A DNA stretch of 64,000 nucleotides from contig NW_025764992.1 of the NCBI RefSeq assembly GCF_003918875.1, positions 992,001 through 1,056,000 of the forward strand, read 5' to 3'. The translations under genes and the position numbers were made by a program. The notes beneath the pieces were generated by a model, which saw only the letters and a list, made by a program, of their open reading frames with translations, was not told the origin of the DNA and searched no databases. Of this stretch, positions 10,726-52,378 are shown piece by piece; position 1 is the stretch's first letter, and every line of letters begins with the position of its first letter. Source of the DNA: Haliotis rubra (Eukaryota).

Positions 10726-13069
10726 ATCCATACACGTGTTACACAAAATGCATGATAAAAACAGATGGAACACTTAGCAATAACATATTTTCAGGTCACC
10801 GAACATTTTGCATTCTTAAAAGTCATTCACTGAAGTCAAGTGTTTCCCTTAGGTGAAAAACAAGAGTTATTCCCCTTGAACAAAGACAATCCGTTATCTA
10901 ACTAAAAGACAACACATAAAAAGATGATTCTAAATATGGCGAGTTTACAAATGAAATTCAAAGTTAAAATGGATGATGTTTTGTATCTAAAATATATGTC
11001 AAAATAGAAGGTTAGTGCATTGACATGTGTTAAAACGGTATGAAACTTTGATTCTTCATTTTGAAAAAAGAGACAGATGACTAAACACCACAGAGTCTAT
11101 TTGTAATAAAAAAACATCCCACTGCCAGTCAAATGAAAAACAGCTTAATCACTTTAATTATTAAAATGGGATTTCAAAATCTATTTCAATCAAGCCAGTA
11201 TCACATCACACAGTTTGATATCCAAAATTAAGTTGTGACAAGAAAAGAGAGTTACGCCAACCAAATGACCATGCAATTCATCACTTCAGTGTTTTCCACG
11301 AAAAACAGTAAACATCCGAATCTACCAAGTGGGAGTTTTACAAATTAATATTACTACTAAAATAGAGTCAAAGACAACTTCTCTATCACTACAGTCAATC
11401 AGCATGTCATATTAACGGTTGCAATATGAGAGATGTGTTCCTTAACTTGTTTAAACAGTATAATTCCCCATATTTATGTTTAATACTGTCTTTCAGTCAA
11501 GTTATAAGTTACATTGTTGGCAGCACCAGGTGATGGAGCTGCAGCAGCAGCAGGTATGCACCAAGTCCATCAGCTCATCACCAGCATGTCGTATCTGTAC
11601 TCTAGTCAGAAAAGGTATCCTACAATTCATTAACTTTTACCTTTTGGGATACAAAGCATTTTGGCAAATTCTACAACACTCTACAGCTTAATAGCCACTT
11701 AAGAAAGCATTTTGGTAAGTGCTACAACAGGCCACTGACTAGAGTGAGTGAGTGAATGTCTAACACTGCACTTGGCAATATTCCTGCAAACAATCATGGC
11801 TGGACCATACAAAGAATCGGATGGTCACTATGACAACCATGTCACAGAGCCTACAAGATAGTCCTCAGGAGTTGACTTTTACAAGAATGAGATGCCCCCA
11901 ACATCCTCACCAGCATATTAATAACCTTTGTCAAGCCTGCATCCATCATCCAATTCTACATTTGTGTAATGTGTTTGTTTTTCATCCTAATTTAATGCCA
12001 GGGAACCACTTGCCAGCATATGCTTTTCATTCAGCCTAAATCAATGATAAAAGCATAAAACAAACAATATTTCATGTAGACCTCAATCAATTTTTAAGCT
12101 AATGTCCACCTAGTTTTAATTCTATAAGCATAATTAAAACCAGAATACAAAAATATTGAGAAAAAACAGAATCCATTTTCATTTTAACGGTTCCAAATTA
12201 TTCTTGTATACTGAAGTAATACTAATTGTGGAGAACTACAGCTACGTCTAATAAATTACACTTTCTAAAATACAAAAAATCCTTGCACTAACAAATCAAC
12301 AACATAATACTCGAGATGTCTGCCTCCATACAAAATACATCAGTATCTTACCATGATCAGAATCACCCATAATCACCACGTATTTGTCAAAAAATACACC
12401 AAGTATACAAACCATCTCATCATGTGCACAAGAGTACCATAACACAGCCCACATAATTTGAAACCTAATTATTCCAAAATCAATCTTTTTAACATTTCTT
12501 GAGTAACATTAATCTGAAAAAGATCTCCCCAATTTTCAAGTTTTTATTCACAGGATATAGTGACTTGAAAATTGGTCACAGTACAATCTGCTAGAATCTT
12601 CAAGCACTACCCCAGTTGGCACTACCAGTCGAGACAGTAGAGACCACTAGCAGATACTTGAGGCTATACTAAGACAATGATAATCCTAAACAAGATTGAT
12701 CAATTTCTGCATGTGAGACCTACAATCCTACAGCTTGTCCACTGCTCGTAAACAACAAAGTGTTGCCATGGCAATATTAGCATTATTAGTTTAACTTCAA
12801 ATGATTTTCCACATTTCTGTTTATAAGAATATAATGCATGTTTGTAAATACTGTTTCAGCTTCCATGGACTGTTCTGGCAGACTAGACCACTGGGTCAAG
12901 GGAGCTGCAAGGAGTATGCTAGTATACAGTATCACAGTGACTAGACCACTGGTCAAGGGAGCTGCAAGGAGTATACTAGTATACCATACCACAGTGACTT
13001 CAGAAAACACAGGTGTCATGCCTCTGTGATCTCAGGTAAGAACAGGTATGCAACCTTAGTGACTTTGTA

Positions 13070-14255
13070 CAACACAGGTGATACCTCAGTCAGATTTCAC
13101 CACACAGGTGTGATATCTCTGATTGCACAACACAGGTGTGATATCTCTGAGTGCACCACACAAGCGTAATACTTCAGATTGCACCCCACAGGTGTGATAC
13201 CTCTGATTGCACAACACAGGTGTGATATCACAGTCAGATTGCACCACACAGGTGTGATACCTGTTAGATTGCACCACACAGGTGTGATACCTCAGTTAGA
13301 TTGCACCACACAGGTGTCATACCTCAGTTAGATTGCACCACACAGGTGTGATACCTCTGATTGCACCACACAGGTGTGATACCTCAGTTAGATTGCACCA
13401 CACAGGTGTGATACCTGTTAGATTGCACCACACAGGTGTGATACCTCAGATTGCACCACACAGGTGTGATACCTCAGTTAGATTGCACCACACAGGTGTG
13501 ATACCTCTGATTGCACCACACAGGTGTGATACCTCAGTTAGATTGCACCACACAGGTGTGATACCTCAGTCAGATTGCACCACACAGGTGTGATATATCA
13601 GTCAGATTGCACCACACAGGTGTGATACCTCAGTCAGATTGCACCACACAGGTGTGATAACTTCAGTCAGATTGCACCACACAGGTGTGATACCTCAGTC
13701 AGATTGCACCACACAGGTGTGATACCTCAGTCAGATTGCACCACACAGGTGTGATACCTCAGTCAGATTGCACCACACAGGTGTGATACATCAGTCAGAT
13801 TGCACCACACAGGTGTGATATATCAGTCAGATTGCACCACACAGGTGTGATAGTCAGATTCAGGTGTGATACCTCAGTCAGATTGCACCACACAGGTGTG
13901 ATACCTCAGTCAGATTGCACCACACAGGTGTGATATATCAGTCAGATTGCACCACACAGGTGTGATATATCAGTCAGATTGCACCACACAGGTGTGATAC
14001 CTCAGTCAGATTGCACCACACAGGTGTGATACCTCAGTCAGATTGCACCACACAGGTGTGATACCTCAGTCAGATTGCACCACACAGGTGTGATACCTCA
14101 GTCAGATTGCACCACACAGGTGTGATACCTCAGTCAGATTGCACCACACAGGTGTGATACATCAGTCAGATTGCACCACACAGGTGTGATATATCAGTCA
14201 GATTGCACCACACAGGTGTGATATATCAGTTTCCTTGCACCACCCAGGTGTGTTA
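13070..14255. repeat. Minisatellite, about 32-bp unit, about 36 copies
   Basis: gattgcaccacacaggtgtgatacctcagtca. Confidence 0.95.
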
Positions 14256-17200
14256 TTTAAGTGACCTCTAAAACAGGTGTGATGACAGTCAACTGACCTC
14301 GACTACTGATAGCACACCAACTGGGCATATTGTAACAGAATCATATCAACATTAAAATTACTTTTACCCCAACCAAATAACACTTTTCAAACTGCAAAAT
14401 TGGTAACCAAAATTTCATTATGACCTGAACTATCCCGAACCAATCTGCAAGTAAGCGGAAGAGTCAACATCTCAACAGCATGTCTTTGAGGCGAGGGGAG
14501 AACACCTTTCCATGTTCTTGGTAAGTTCCACAGCATCATCAGTGTACAGGTATTTATTAGAATATGGTACTGAGGTATTGCATTATCATGGCAAGACCAT
14601 GAATACCAGAGACAGAAACTCACCCAATACCTTCACATGTTCATCACATTTCATTCACACCATTATATATAGACAGATAGATATATAATAGGTATATATA
14701 TGTATTTATCTACATCCATCATCAACAACTGCATTTTGAATGCATTACCACTTGAAACTTTCAAATGTTCTCAGACACTGAAACCATTCCATTTCAACAT
14801 GTAACTTGACAAACCTAAAAAGAAATGGCTGTATTTACCTTTAGACAGTGGGTGACACAGTATGGGCCCTACTTTTTAATATTTTAAGGGGTTCTTAGTT
14901 CAATGAACACTTCATAAATTAATGAGTATAAGTCTGGAACAAAATATTTCTTTCACAAATATCCCATGCTCCAACATCAGAATACCAAAGGTCACTCCCC
15001 ATTGGCTGAAATGGCACAGCAAGTCCTGATACACGTATTATAACCAGTACTCTGCCTATTGGTGGCTGTCCTAGTGGTGACTGTGGTGTACAAAGGGGAG
15101 ACGACTGTTGGTTATGCTATGTACAATATACAAGAATATTAAAGTAATTATGCTATTGTTTTCTCTAACCTAAACCACCTCCGTCCTCATAGGTCCTGTC
15201 TTACATATCAACAGTATAAGATGTTCGTTTTGACGAGGGTTTAAGTTGCTGCACACATTGACCGAACAGTGAACATCATCCAGGAACTGAACCCAAGTAA
15301 ACACTTTAACCACTAAGCCACCCTGTGAGGGTATCAGTTTAGAGGTAGTTTCCCACTGACATAGGTGTTCCAAGTTTGTTCAATAATATTTAATGATGGA
15401 CACAAACCAGTCAGATTATACACCACTGTCAGCCAATGATCAACAGAGTCACCACAGACTCAAACCCAGAGATATGCCAGAAAAAGCTGGAACCCTGTCC
15501 ACAGAACCACTCATCCTTACAATTAAGCAGTACATTAAAGTTTGTGATCACAACAGCACTGACTCTGGGAATTTGTTTTGTCATACAAGCAGGAACCCGT
15601 TGCTGAATGTTGCGAGGTGAGGTGAAATGGAGTTGAACAGCCGTTCACGTCGCTGCGAGAGCACATCATCAGGTGGTTAAGGTTAGCATGAGGATACCAT
15701 GGTTTCAGTTGATGATGGTGGCAAGGGAGACAACTACCTGGTGCCTACACTGTTCATTACAAAAATAGAGCAAGTTTTATTCCGATCACTCTTGGCCAAT
15801 GAGACAATATTAGTATCACAGCAAGGACTTCACATGATCATCAAGGCTTATAATCCTAGAAATTTTGATAACAATAAAAAAAGAAAGATGTTTAAACTAT
15901 AGCCATAAACTTTTTCTAGTAGCATTTGTTTCACAGTTTATATGGATGTCAACATCTCAGTATGCCCTGTTGTATAGAGAAGTATCATTTCTTATACATG
16001 GAATACAGACACTGACATCAATATACCCACTGGATTATCACCACCGACTAAGGACCTAATTTCTGTAGAAAATATACTGAATATACTGAAGTCTTAAAAA
16101 ATGGTATCAATGCCTCCCATTTTGAAAATATATCTAAATCTGAAAAAAACTTCTAAATAATAAGCCTTGAGTGCAAGAACATAAACAAAACCCTTCAAAC
16201 CAATATACTGGACAACTTAGCTTCATTTTAATAACTTTCAAAACAAAACAGTTCTGTTTAACCATTCTCCAAAGTTATGATAATGAATAACATTTAAGAC
16301 ATGAAACATCAAATCAGTCATACCCTGTTTTAAAAGTGTGTACTCTGTGATAAAGTATTATTCAATACGTTTTAAACCTTTATTTGGTATTTCTCAACAT
16401 GGATATGAAATCTTAACAGTCAAAACTTGAATATGATCAGAGTTGGTGGACTGGGTTGCCTCCCCTTGATCAGACTGGACAAGGATTTGAACTCCGACTT
16501 GAATAGGTTTTAGTTTTGATCTTAATCTGTTGGGTCATTATTTTTTATTCTACACATCATCTGAGAGAGGATAGTTAAGAAGATTTTAATGATTTATTAA
16601 CAATTGACTTCTATTTTATTGATTTACATCCCTAATTTGCAAGCAATATGATGAAATTGATGGTAATTTTGTGGCACAATGGATTGAGAAGCATGAGATC
16701 AAGGGGAGGTAACTCATCTATCACAGTAGCAAATAACTCAACAAGGGGGAACAACTCTGCTAGGCTAGTTCTGATGACTCACAGACTTCATACCAGCAAG
16801 GACAACAAGACACCAAGCCTGACAGATCCAAAATAAATATACCATTTGTTAAAAATTCATCATAAATCTTTTTCCATATATAAATAAAAACGTGCACAAG
16901 GAAACGCTGAGTATTCCAAGTGTTTGTTTAACAGGAGTTAGACGAATATGTACACAACACTTTAGAAGAAATACAAACAATATATACACAGAACAGTCAT
17001 CTCATCCTCGGAAATACAGGGACAATGTGTACATACTTATTCCGATACACCAAATCTTGGGATCTAGCACCTCTATAGTCAATTCAAATGATTTCCAGTC
17101 AGTTTCTCCTAGTCAAGCAGCAAAGATGGGGCTGAATCAGCATCAGTGCAGGTTGAGTAGCGTGGCGTTGGGAGGAGCTACACGGGCATGGTTAGGTAGT

Positions 17201-17746
17201 TGAAAAATGGGTGTTGGCATTATTCCAAAAATACTTTCACTTGAAAGTCGTCAGATGAGTTGAGCAGCATCAGTATGGGGATCCCAACATGCCAAATTTG
17301 GTTTGAGGTAAGAATGGCGAAATCTCAGTCACATGATCCATCACATGATCTGTCACATGATCAAGCATGACTACACATTGGGTTCAAATTGTACAGAGAT
17401 AAAATTCCTGGATTCCACAGGCTGTAGACATGCCTGATCTGTCTCCATGACAACAGACACTTTCTCCCTTCTGTGTCTTGGAGTCCACTATTGTAAAGAG
17501 GGGTGTTCAGCATTTTTTCCTGAAATGGGACAATCCTGTATTTCAAGTCAACATTTTTACATTCCCGTTCACTGAACCTCATGTTCAGTCCAAATACCCA
17601 TACTATCATAATGGACTATCCCATCCATTGTCTGTGGCAAGTCTATTACTGCTCCAAGGTAGTACAAGATGCCATTCATCAGTCCTTTGCCTTCAAAGAA
17701 GTGACAGTCGATACTGTTAGCATTCCTCGAAGCTGAATGAATGCTG

Positions 17747-43775
<26,029 letters not shown>

Positions 43776-43827
43776 CTGAAAACAGAGAATAAAAGCAAGA
43801 TAAGAAACAATGATATACCGTCAGGAA

Positions 43828-44020
43828 AGCACAACATAACATTCAAAGATAATATGGCTGTCTGGGGAAGACAAGATGGCAGTTTCAAAAGCAAATCACA
43901 ACATAACATTCAAAGACAATATGGCCGTATGGGGAAGACATGATGGCTGTGTTTAAAGCAAATCATAGCAAAACATTCAAAGACAATATGGCTGTCATTG
44001 GAAGACATGATGGTTGTGTC
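43828..44020. repeat. About 68-bp tandem repeat x3
   Basis: acataacattcaaagacaatatggc.gt.tggggaagacatgatgg. Confidence 0.8.
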
Positions 44021-45547
44021 AAACATGACCATTCAAAAACAGCTTTTGGTTGTCACACCTGAGAGTATGAGTTGCTGATGCTCTTATTCCAGCAACATGA
44101 TTGCTGGGACCCCACACATATAGCCCATGTAGGGAATCCAACTCTCAGCCGATACATTTATTTCCTATATATACACAGACAAATATGGAGAAGACAGACA
44201 GCAACCTTCCCCAGTATCCTCATGTGGTTGATGATAGATAGCATACTTTGTATATTTGGCCACAAAGCTCTCTATGTCTCTAGCTTCATGGTTTGCAATG
44301 TATGAGATCGTGTGTGTGGTCTTCCAGATACTATCTTCCTTTTACTACCATTCATTGCATAGTTAATTGAAACTGAACTTTTTTTCACCTAAGGTAGGAT
44401 TAATTCAATCTTGTTTAATGGACAAGCTTCACAATTTATAAAAATTAAATATAAACAGTTTTGTTCCATAGACTTCTTTCATTTTTTTGCATTTTCTTAG
44501 AAGTTCCATTTCAAGATTTTGTTTGGGGAAATTAACTCTAAATCAACCCTGACAAGAAATATATTTTTATTTTGCCTGCTGTCTCATGGGACATTAATCA
44601 AGAAAATGTGCACAAGATGAAGCTTAATTAAATGTGACGTTGACAAATAATCATAGCTTGTCATGGTAACACACACACATTAACTGTTTACTCCTTTGTA
44701 TAGCAAACCTAAAAATACTTCAAACATCCATTAAATTTGCATGAAAAAATCACTTTGTTTGCATGGATGTGATGTCTTTACATCTATTACAAGAACAAAT
44801 TCAGAGTGTGCATCAACTGTGTCAAATGAATAATATTATCCACACAACTAATTTCTTCCTACTGACGGTTCAGAAGAGTTTTGTTCAAAATCTAAAAGCT
44901 GTTTACAATTTGCTGACAGTTTACAATTTGCTGACAGTCAGAATACTGGATTATGGTAATGATGTAACAGAGGCAATTTATTCACAAGAATTTTAGACGG
45001 TTATGTGTCAAGAGCAGATGTCAAAATATTCATGTGTGTTATGCATCAGGAATGCATCCAAAATAATTATATTTTCTACAAAAACATATTTATTCAGACT
45101 CTTAAAGTACATTACGGAAGGTGAGATGGATGATTACAACACAATGGTGTTAAATAGACCAGAAAACAGCTCCTGGCACAACACCTTCATCACGGACATA
45201 CAACACCAATCAATGACAAGCTGGGAAACTGATTAACAATTCATACGAGGAGAAAACATCAACACCATATGTGTTTAGTTGACCGCATTGTGGAACATCC
45301 AGAGGTTCAAGGAAAGACTCCCAACATGTAGGTTCATACTGCAGGAAAGAATTCAATGTGACTGCATTGCACTTTATATATATCATGATTTGAACCCTCT
45401 TAAGTCATGTCCACCTGGAGGTGAGTTGGTACTGATAAGGTTGTGTCACATACAGACTGGATAATGTATCTTGTCAAAGTTACTTCATATACAGATTGCT
45501 TGGTACATCATGTCAATTTAAAGACATATATAGATGAGTTGATACAT

Positions 45548-45684
45548 ATATAGAACGTCACACTAGTACATTTAGATGTTTTGTATTGAACAAGAACATG
45601 TAATGGGAGCAGAGAAACGAGTTCGCCATGACATCTTCGAGTTCAATATAAAACATCCAAATGCACTAGTATCACGTTCTATAT
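45548..45684. repeat. About 137-bp inverted repeat (foldback)
   Basis: ATATAGAACG..ACTAGTACATTTAGATGTTTTGTATTGAAC / GTTCAATATAAAACATCCAAATGCACTAGT..CGTTCTATAT. Confidence 0.8.
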
Positions 45685-48600
45685 TTATTATATACCCTCT
45701 TATCTTGCATTAATCTGTTACTGAATAAAACAAATAATAGCATAGCAATATAGAACCAGCTGGGGTTCAATATGGAATCTGGGGTTCAATACAGAATTTG
45801 AGGTCATCCATATTGCACCCCTGTATGACTATCCTAAGTTTACATGGGTATGTAATAAATATTGATATCTCAATTATTGATTATTGTCTGACCATGTGTC
45901 TGGCAGGAGGTTCTAATAAACTGTAGTTATTATACGAAACTTAAACAAAACCTTAGCTTTAGTTGTTTTGTATTTGAAAAAAATATGAAACTAATATAAT
46001 CACTTACTCTGTTTGTGGCAGCGGTCAAGGTGCATGACAGATGCCACTGCAGAAATGTCCTCAGACGAGGAGAAGGGACAATATATTAAAGAGGCGAGTT
46101 ACTATTATGATAATTATGATTATGTTTATTATTTAGCCCACTACAACTCTGTTAAGATGTATGGCATTAACTTCATATAAATAAACATTTGTATTTTAAA
46201 TGTATTTTTGTATTTTATTGTGAGCATAAAATAACATAGGTTTCTTTAAACTCAACTAATTTAATTTTTACTGCCAATTTAGAAACAGTTTACATTCAGT
46301 TCACTGTCACTAATTAAATAACACATTTTGTTTAGATATGAATGACACATCGATACATTACTAACTGAATTTCAATCAAGGAATATTTCAGTTTAAGATC
46401 ATGAAAAGGAAAAAGGTAAAACTAGTGTGTTGACGGATTACATTGAGATATTCTTCCGCCAACTAACACTGATGAATACTCAATGTCGAAGGTTTTTTAT
46501 CGTTCACTTCTCAATCTCGGCACCATTACCCACAGTTCACCTCTGACATTCAACGGTTCTCAGCTGAAGAGCCCTGTAATAAATTCAAGGCGATTGAGGT
46601 AACGGTACATTAAAGACGTCATTAATTGTGGCATCACCATGGGGTCCAATATTGTACTGTGATAACACTTGACCGATTCCAGTAATCACTGCCAAGTATA
46701 GCGCCAGCACACTACAATATTCCTCTCTCAATATCCTTCTTGCAAATAGTACACAAAGGTCATCGTACTGACAATCATATTCTCTCTTTGCAGCTTAAGC
46801 AATGGAAATATATGAACCATACAAAGCTAAACACGACCCTCTCTGAATTACAGATAACTATTCATATTGGTCATGCTATACATACATTTATCGGCTTCAC
46901 AATGAGAAGTCTTATAAGATAATCATCAAGCAATCCTCAAAGACTGGAAGAACCATCACAACTTGTGGCCTTAATACATATCGGCAATGCCTTTCACACA
47001 TTTGATATACATTATGATTAAATGTATCTCGTATGACTAGCAATATATTCATATCAACATTAGTGCTCTTTAGTTACACAAAGCTAAATTGTTCAGAAGT
47101 ACAGTTCAATGGTATCTTGAAATCCACAGAATGACACATCATATAAAGAATACTAGTCTTGGATAGAATTGAAACAACTCCACTACATATTATGTCTAAA
47201 GGAGATTTTCTCATTTAGTTCTGATAACAAAATGTCGGTATCTTCAGATCGTTATTCCTGACACAAACGGATTAAACGAAAACAAATCTGACATTTCATT
47301 CTTCTTCCAGTACATGACGACAGGAAACTAAATAAAGACCAAACACAAAGCAGTACAAGTAATCATGATTTTCTTTCTCTTTCATTTCTTTTCTATACTG
47401 TCATAAAATTCTGGATATTAAAAGATTCCCGCTTCTCAAAGTTTGTTTCACTAAATGATTGAATCACACCTTCTTACCTCAGTGAGAAGTATAACAGCTG
47501 CTTTAGAACAGAGAAGCCAGAAACGTATCTTGCAGTTAATATTTCTAGTACGTTGTTACAGCGTCCCATAAAGACTGTCCTTGGAAGCAGTATCAATAGC
47601 AAACATTAACTGGAGCATGGTAGTCCTGGTGTACATTTCAACATTTCAGTACCAGTAGGAACTTGGTCAATCGACAAGGCTTCTTGGCAAGAAGTCCTTC
47701 ATTAGTTGTCCAGCCATGACATAATTACCCAACCAGTTTACCAGTGACAAAGGAATCGGTGCTAAGCACTGAAGTATACTGAGCTGCCTTGTCACACTTG
47801 TTGGCAGGATTGTCTATACCCTCCATTGTGAGGGATTATGCCCTCTTTTGTGAGGGTCTCTTCTTACAATATCTTGAGATCAACTGTACGGAACTTTGTA
47901 TTATCAATTGAGTTAATGCTGTAACTAATATTGTATTTAACATTGTACTTAAGAACCTACTTAATATTGTAATTGTACTTAAGAACCTACTTAATATTGT
48001 AATTAATACTGTATTTCATCTAAGTCAAAATACTTCAAATGTTACATTCATTTATCTCTGGTTGTATTTATATACTGCATATACTATGTCTTGCTTGAAA
48101 AAGCACTCCATGAAAAATACTTGCAGACCAATATGTCCATGATCTTTACAAGCACCTGCACAAGGACCACAACTGTCCATGTCGGTCCATATTTTCCTGT
48201 AGTTTTTTTTTTTAAATGGCAGCGCAAAAGCACTGTACACTTCATGAGCAACTAAGATTCTTTTTTCAACATCATCAGTGTTTGAACAAGGGTTCTTCAC
48301 TACCACTAAATTGCTGATAACAAATGTATCTCATTTTAAGCATTCCCTTTGTCCAATTCTAAAGTGCCCCAGGCACTTATAACAGCGAATACGTGTAGGT
48401 CACTCTGCAAGATGTTGTCAAGGTGATTCTCTGGGGATGGAAAGATGATGCTGTTCTGAACATTTGACATTTGGGCAGGTATCGTCACATACATGTCTGG
48501 CCATATCACAGATCAGGTGACGTGAATGCCACAGAAACACCTTGGGGGGAGAGAGGGGAAATGCTGTGATTTATGTCAAAGAATTGAAGTAAAAAGTAAA

Positions 48601-49294
48601 AACATATTCCACCATGTCGAGCTTTCATGGAATTAGAGAGGTACCTATTTCACAGGCCTGATCTCAAGAACATCAAGCCTTCCTACGCCTTACTTCTCCC
48701 AGCTGGATCAAATACATGTCTCTGTTCAAAGAAAGTTGGAAGGTGCGAACATATCTTCTCAGTTGACATTTAGTTTCTTGATCAGCAGTTTTGTTTTTTT
48801 TAAATTTCACTGAAAAACAGGATGTAAGTGTAATCTCACATATAAATAAAACTGCAAAGGTTGGCACCAAACTTGGAAAAAGTTCATATGTTAAAAATTA
48901 TTATTTCATCTAAACCAATTCAATTATTTCGTGTCTATATTTTCAAATCAGCGCTGTAGGTACAAGAGCTTGTACTTAACAATAACAAAGTAATAAATAT
49001 GATCACAATGCTGATAACTCCTAGTTATAATAATAAAATGTACATTTGTTAAGTGAATTCCGACAGGTTTGTTTTCCATCATGTAATCATGTAACCAAAA
49101 ATTCAGCATACCTAGACATGTTATATAATTCATATTGACTAGATGCAACATATTTGGATCTGGAGTCTTCAAAGCTTAAACTTGACTAGATAGTGGAATT
49201 GGTAAGCAATAGGTGACAAAACACTGAGTGGGAACGGGTTATTTTCTTCGTAAGGTTACCTGATGCCAGCAATCAGGGTCTACTAGGAGTAAGT

Positions 49295-49450
49295 CAGTGA
49301 CTGGGTGAGTTTAGTTTTATGCTGCTTTTAGCAATATTCCAGCAATATTACGGAGGGGGACACCAGACATGGGCTTCACACATTATACCCATGTTGGGAA
49401 TCGAACCTGGGTGCTTGGCGTGCCGAGTGAACACTAACCACTACACTAGG
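49295..49450 (-). mobile_element. SINE A
   Basis: Family A consensus. Confidence 0.8.
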
Positions 49451-49789
49451 CCCTGTGTCAACGAGGAGGTGAATGAATGAATGAATGAATGAATGAATGA
49501 AAAGCCAGATGGCAGACTAAGCCAAGTGTGGATGAGGGTTTTGAAGACATGTTTTTTGTCATACTGGGAGACATGACACAAGTACATTTTGTAAGATTGG
49601 GTATCGATGAAGATGCATACCATTTTTCAGCTGGTATGTCAATCTTAAGCCATTCTGATTTTATTGGAATCAAATTATAGAGTTCGATTTTTCTGAAGCT
49701 GAATTCATACACTCCAATTCTGAAGCACCATGTGGCGATTGTAACATATGGTATATTTGGGATGACACTTTCTTAGTAAAGTACAGATT

Positions 49790-49880
49790 CTAGTCCCATC
49801 CGGGATTCGAACCACCCTCAGAGTCAGGCACCTAATCGCCAGCACACAAAGTCAGCCACCTAACCCGCTCAGCCACCATG
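49790..49880 (-). mobile_element. tRNA-derived SINE head, family D (long A-B box spacing)
   Basis: GGTGGCTGAGCGGGTTA A box and GGTTCGAATCCC B box with no valid cloverleaf. Confidence 0.55.
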
Positions 49881-52378
49881 GTTTCAACATGGTACTGCAA
49901 TCTGACACCTGGAAAAAAAAGGTGTGCATGCATGTGTGCATGTTAATATTCTTATTATGTATGTTATTTATGTTGTTATAGAATATTGCCACTGTTTCTA
50001 CATCAAACATTTGTGTAACAAATATCTTGTATCTATGGGAGAACATTTTTCTGAGATCAAATGTTAATCTATGCCTCACATTTAGCTGTTAATCCCAAAG
50101 GTACATGTAAAGCTGATGACTATATACAAACATCTGTCTAAGATACACTGAGAAGCATTCAAAGATTACAACACATTACAATAAGTTTTATCATTAATTC
50201 AAACTACATTTTTTCCCACCAATGTTTAGCAGGCTGCTACCAGGTAAACATGCACTGACATAATCAACAAATATCAATATCCGTTGCTATATGATAGAGA
50301 ATCCATCAATGTGGACTACACGCTCTGGTTACAATCCCCAACAATACATATTCCCCGGTTAGTATGACGAATTATATACCTGATGACAATAGCGGGATCT
50401 ATAACTCGATCTGACTGCACTCAATGAGTACTGCTTCTACAACACACTATAGAGACTGGGAACTGATGCAAGTCTGGAGACTCACTTCACTCACTTGTGT
50501 CTTGGTTAGCCCAGAGGTTACAACTGATGCAAGTCTGGAGACTCCCTTCACCCACTGCTGTCTTGGTTAGCCCAGAGGTTACAACATTTGCCTGTCATAT
50601 CAAGTCCTGTGTTTGAATCCCCATATGGGTACAATGTGTACCTCTTAAGTATCCCTCTATGAACTTGCTGGGGTATAAGATTTCATACTACAGGTTCATT
50701 ATACATCACACACTGTCAAACATTGGAGTGACCCCTATCCGACCTAATATTGAGTGATATCATTCATTCAGTGATGGGTATTGTGTGAGTGAGTGAGTGA
50801 GTGGTTTACACCATCGTTCTAGTCATATCATGTCAATGACATTGACCTTGTTCACAAAAGTTAGATAGACTAAAATAGTTCCCGTCTCATCCTTTAACTA
50901 TCATTAGTTGTTAGGACATTATTATAAAACAGCAAGAAACATTAAACATTAAGACATTTAATTTACTGGTGTTATTAAACAGGCCACTTAAGCCGATCTT
51001 AACAGATGACGTGAGAACTGTTCTTTTTCATGCTTTCATCCAGTTCATGTGGTATTTGTCCATCTACCAGTCCCTGAACCATAATATTTCCCTACAACCC
51101 AACCCTTTCTGGAATGAAACAGACCTCAATGAAGCAAGTCAAGATATTCCTCTAAATTTCCTCTAAAATTAAACTTACTCACCTAAATGAAGCAAGTCAA
51201 GATATTCCTCTAAATTTCCAATCTCACTGGGGCTCCTTTTCAATTTTTTGTTCTTATCCAATTCTTTTTTTCAGAGACTTAGTGTTGTGTTGTTTTTACC
51301 TCACAGAGCACTCCCTCATTTGATCCATTACCACAATGGTGGTCGGAGACATACCTGCTTTGTTGTGACACAATTTCCTTTCAACAGACTCAGCAAACAT
51401 GATTTATAGTTATTGGAAAAAATGCCTCCCACAACTGCCGACCAAAACTATATTCATCACACCAACTTCTAAATGCCATTCAAAGAAACAAGACTATATC
51501 TACATAAAACGATCACAAAGTGGTCTCGACATATAAAAGGGGACATTCTCTGATCATTAAAGTCAAAAGCCTGTTAGCAATGCATCAAACTTAACAAGAG
51601 CAAAAAAGTTAATTTTTCACTAAAGAGGAGTGTTCACAACCTCACAAATGTACATTAAATTAGAAGCAAATTTGTCAAAGAAGTTCCATCTTCTTCATCC
51701 CAGGAGTTCAGCATCCCTCCCTGAGCTCAAGAAGTAAAAGCCATTAGCATGATAATGTCAGAGTGAGAACACTACATCTGGTCCCTTAACCCGAAGACGT
51801 TATTGATGTAGCAATTGTGGGACTTCCTGAACCTGACGTGTGACCAGGACGTCACCGGTAACGACCAGCCCCTGCACTGGAAGTCAATCAGTTTCTCCCT
51901 TCCATCAATCACGCCCATACCACTCCGGTGTCTACAGCGTTCAGGACGTTGAGATCTATTGCTACAGTCTTGTTGATTCGGATCTCTTCCTTGATATTTT
52001 GTGATGACAACAAGCAAAGGCTAATCAGCCCTACAAAGGTTAAAGGTAATCAGGGTATGGTGTATGGAGAATCTTATTACAATGGCATGCATGTAATGAA
52101 GCTGGAATACTGACAAGTGAAGTGTTAAACAAATCAACACTATTTGAACTGTTATGATGATTACACAATCTCTGACCTTTCCTCAGTAATAATCATATTA
52201 CTTGAAAAGCACCAGTGAGTGATAATGTATGGTCCCTGAATGCTTTAATATTTTATGTGTAAACTGCATTGACACTGCTTGCATGAAAACTAGCTTCAAG
52301 AGCAAGTGCTGTTATCACATATCTCAGAACTAATCTAGCTGATGCTTTCAGCCACAGAAGCAGTGTAAGGATGATCAC

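Noticed and set aside
51772-52017. 81-aa minus-strand ORF as a PDE3 exon
   Set aside because: No PDE3 similarity, and its plausible donors are phase 2, incompatible with the phase-0 exon at 43775.
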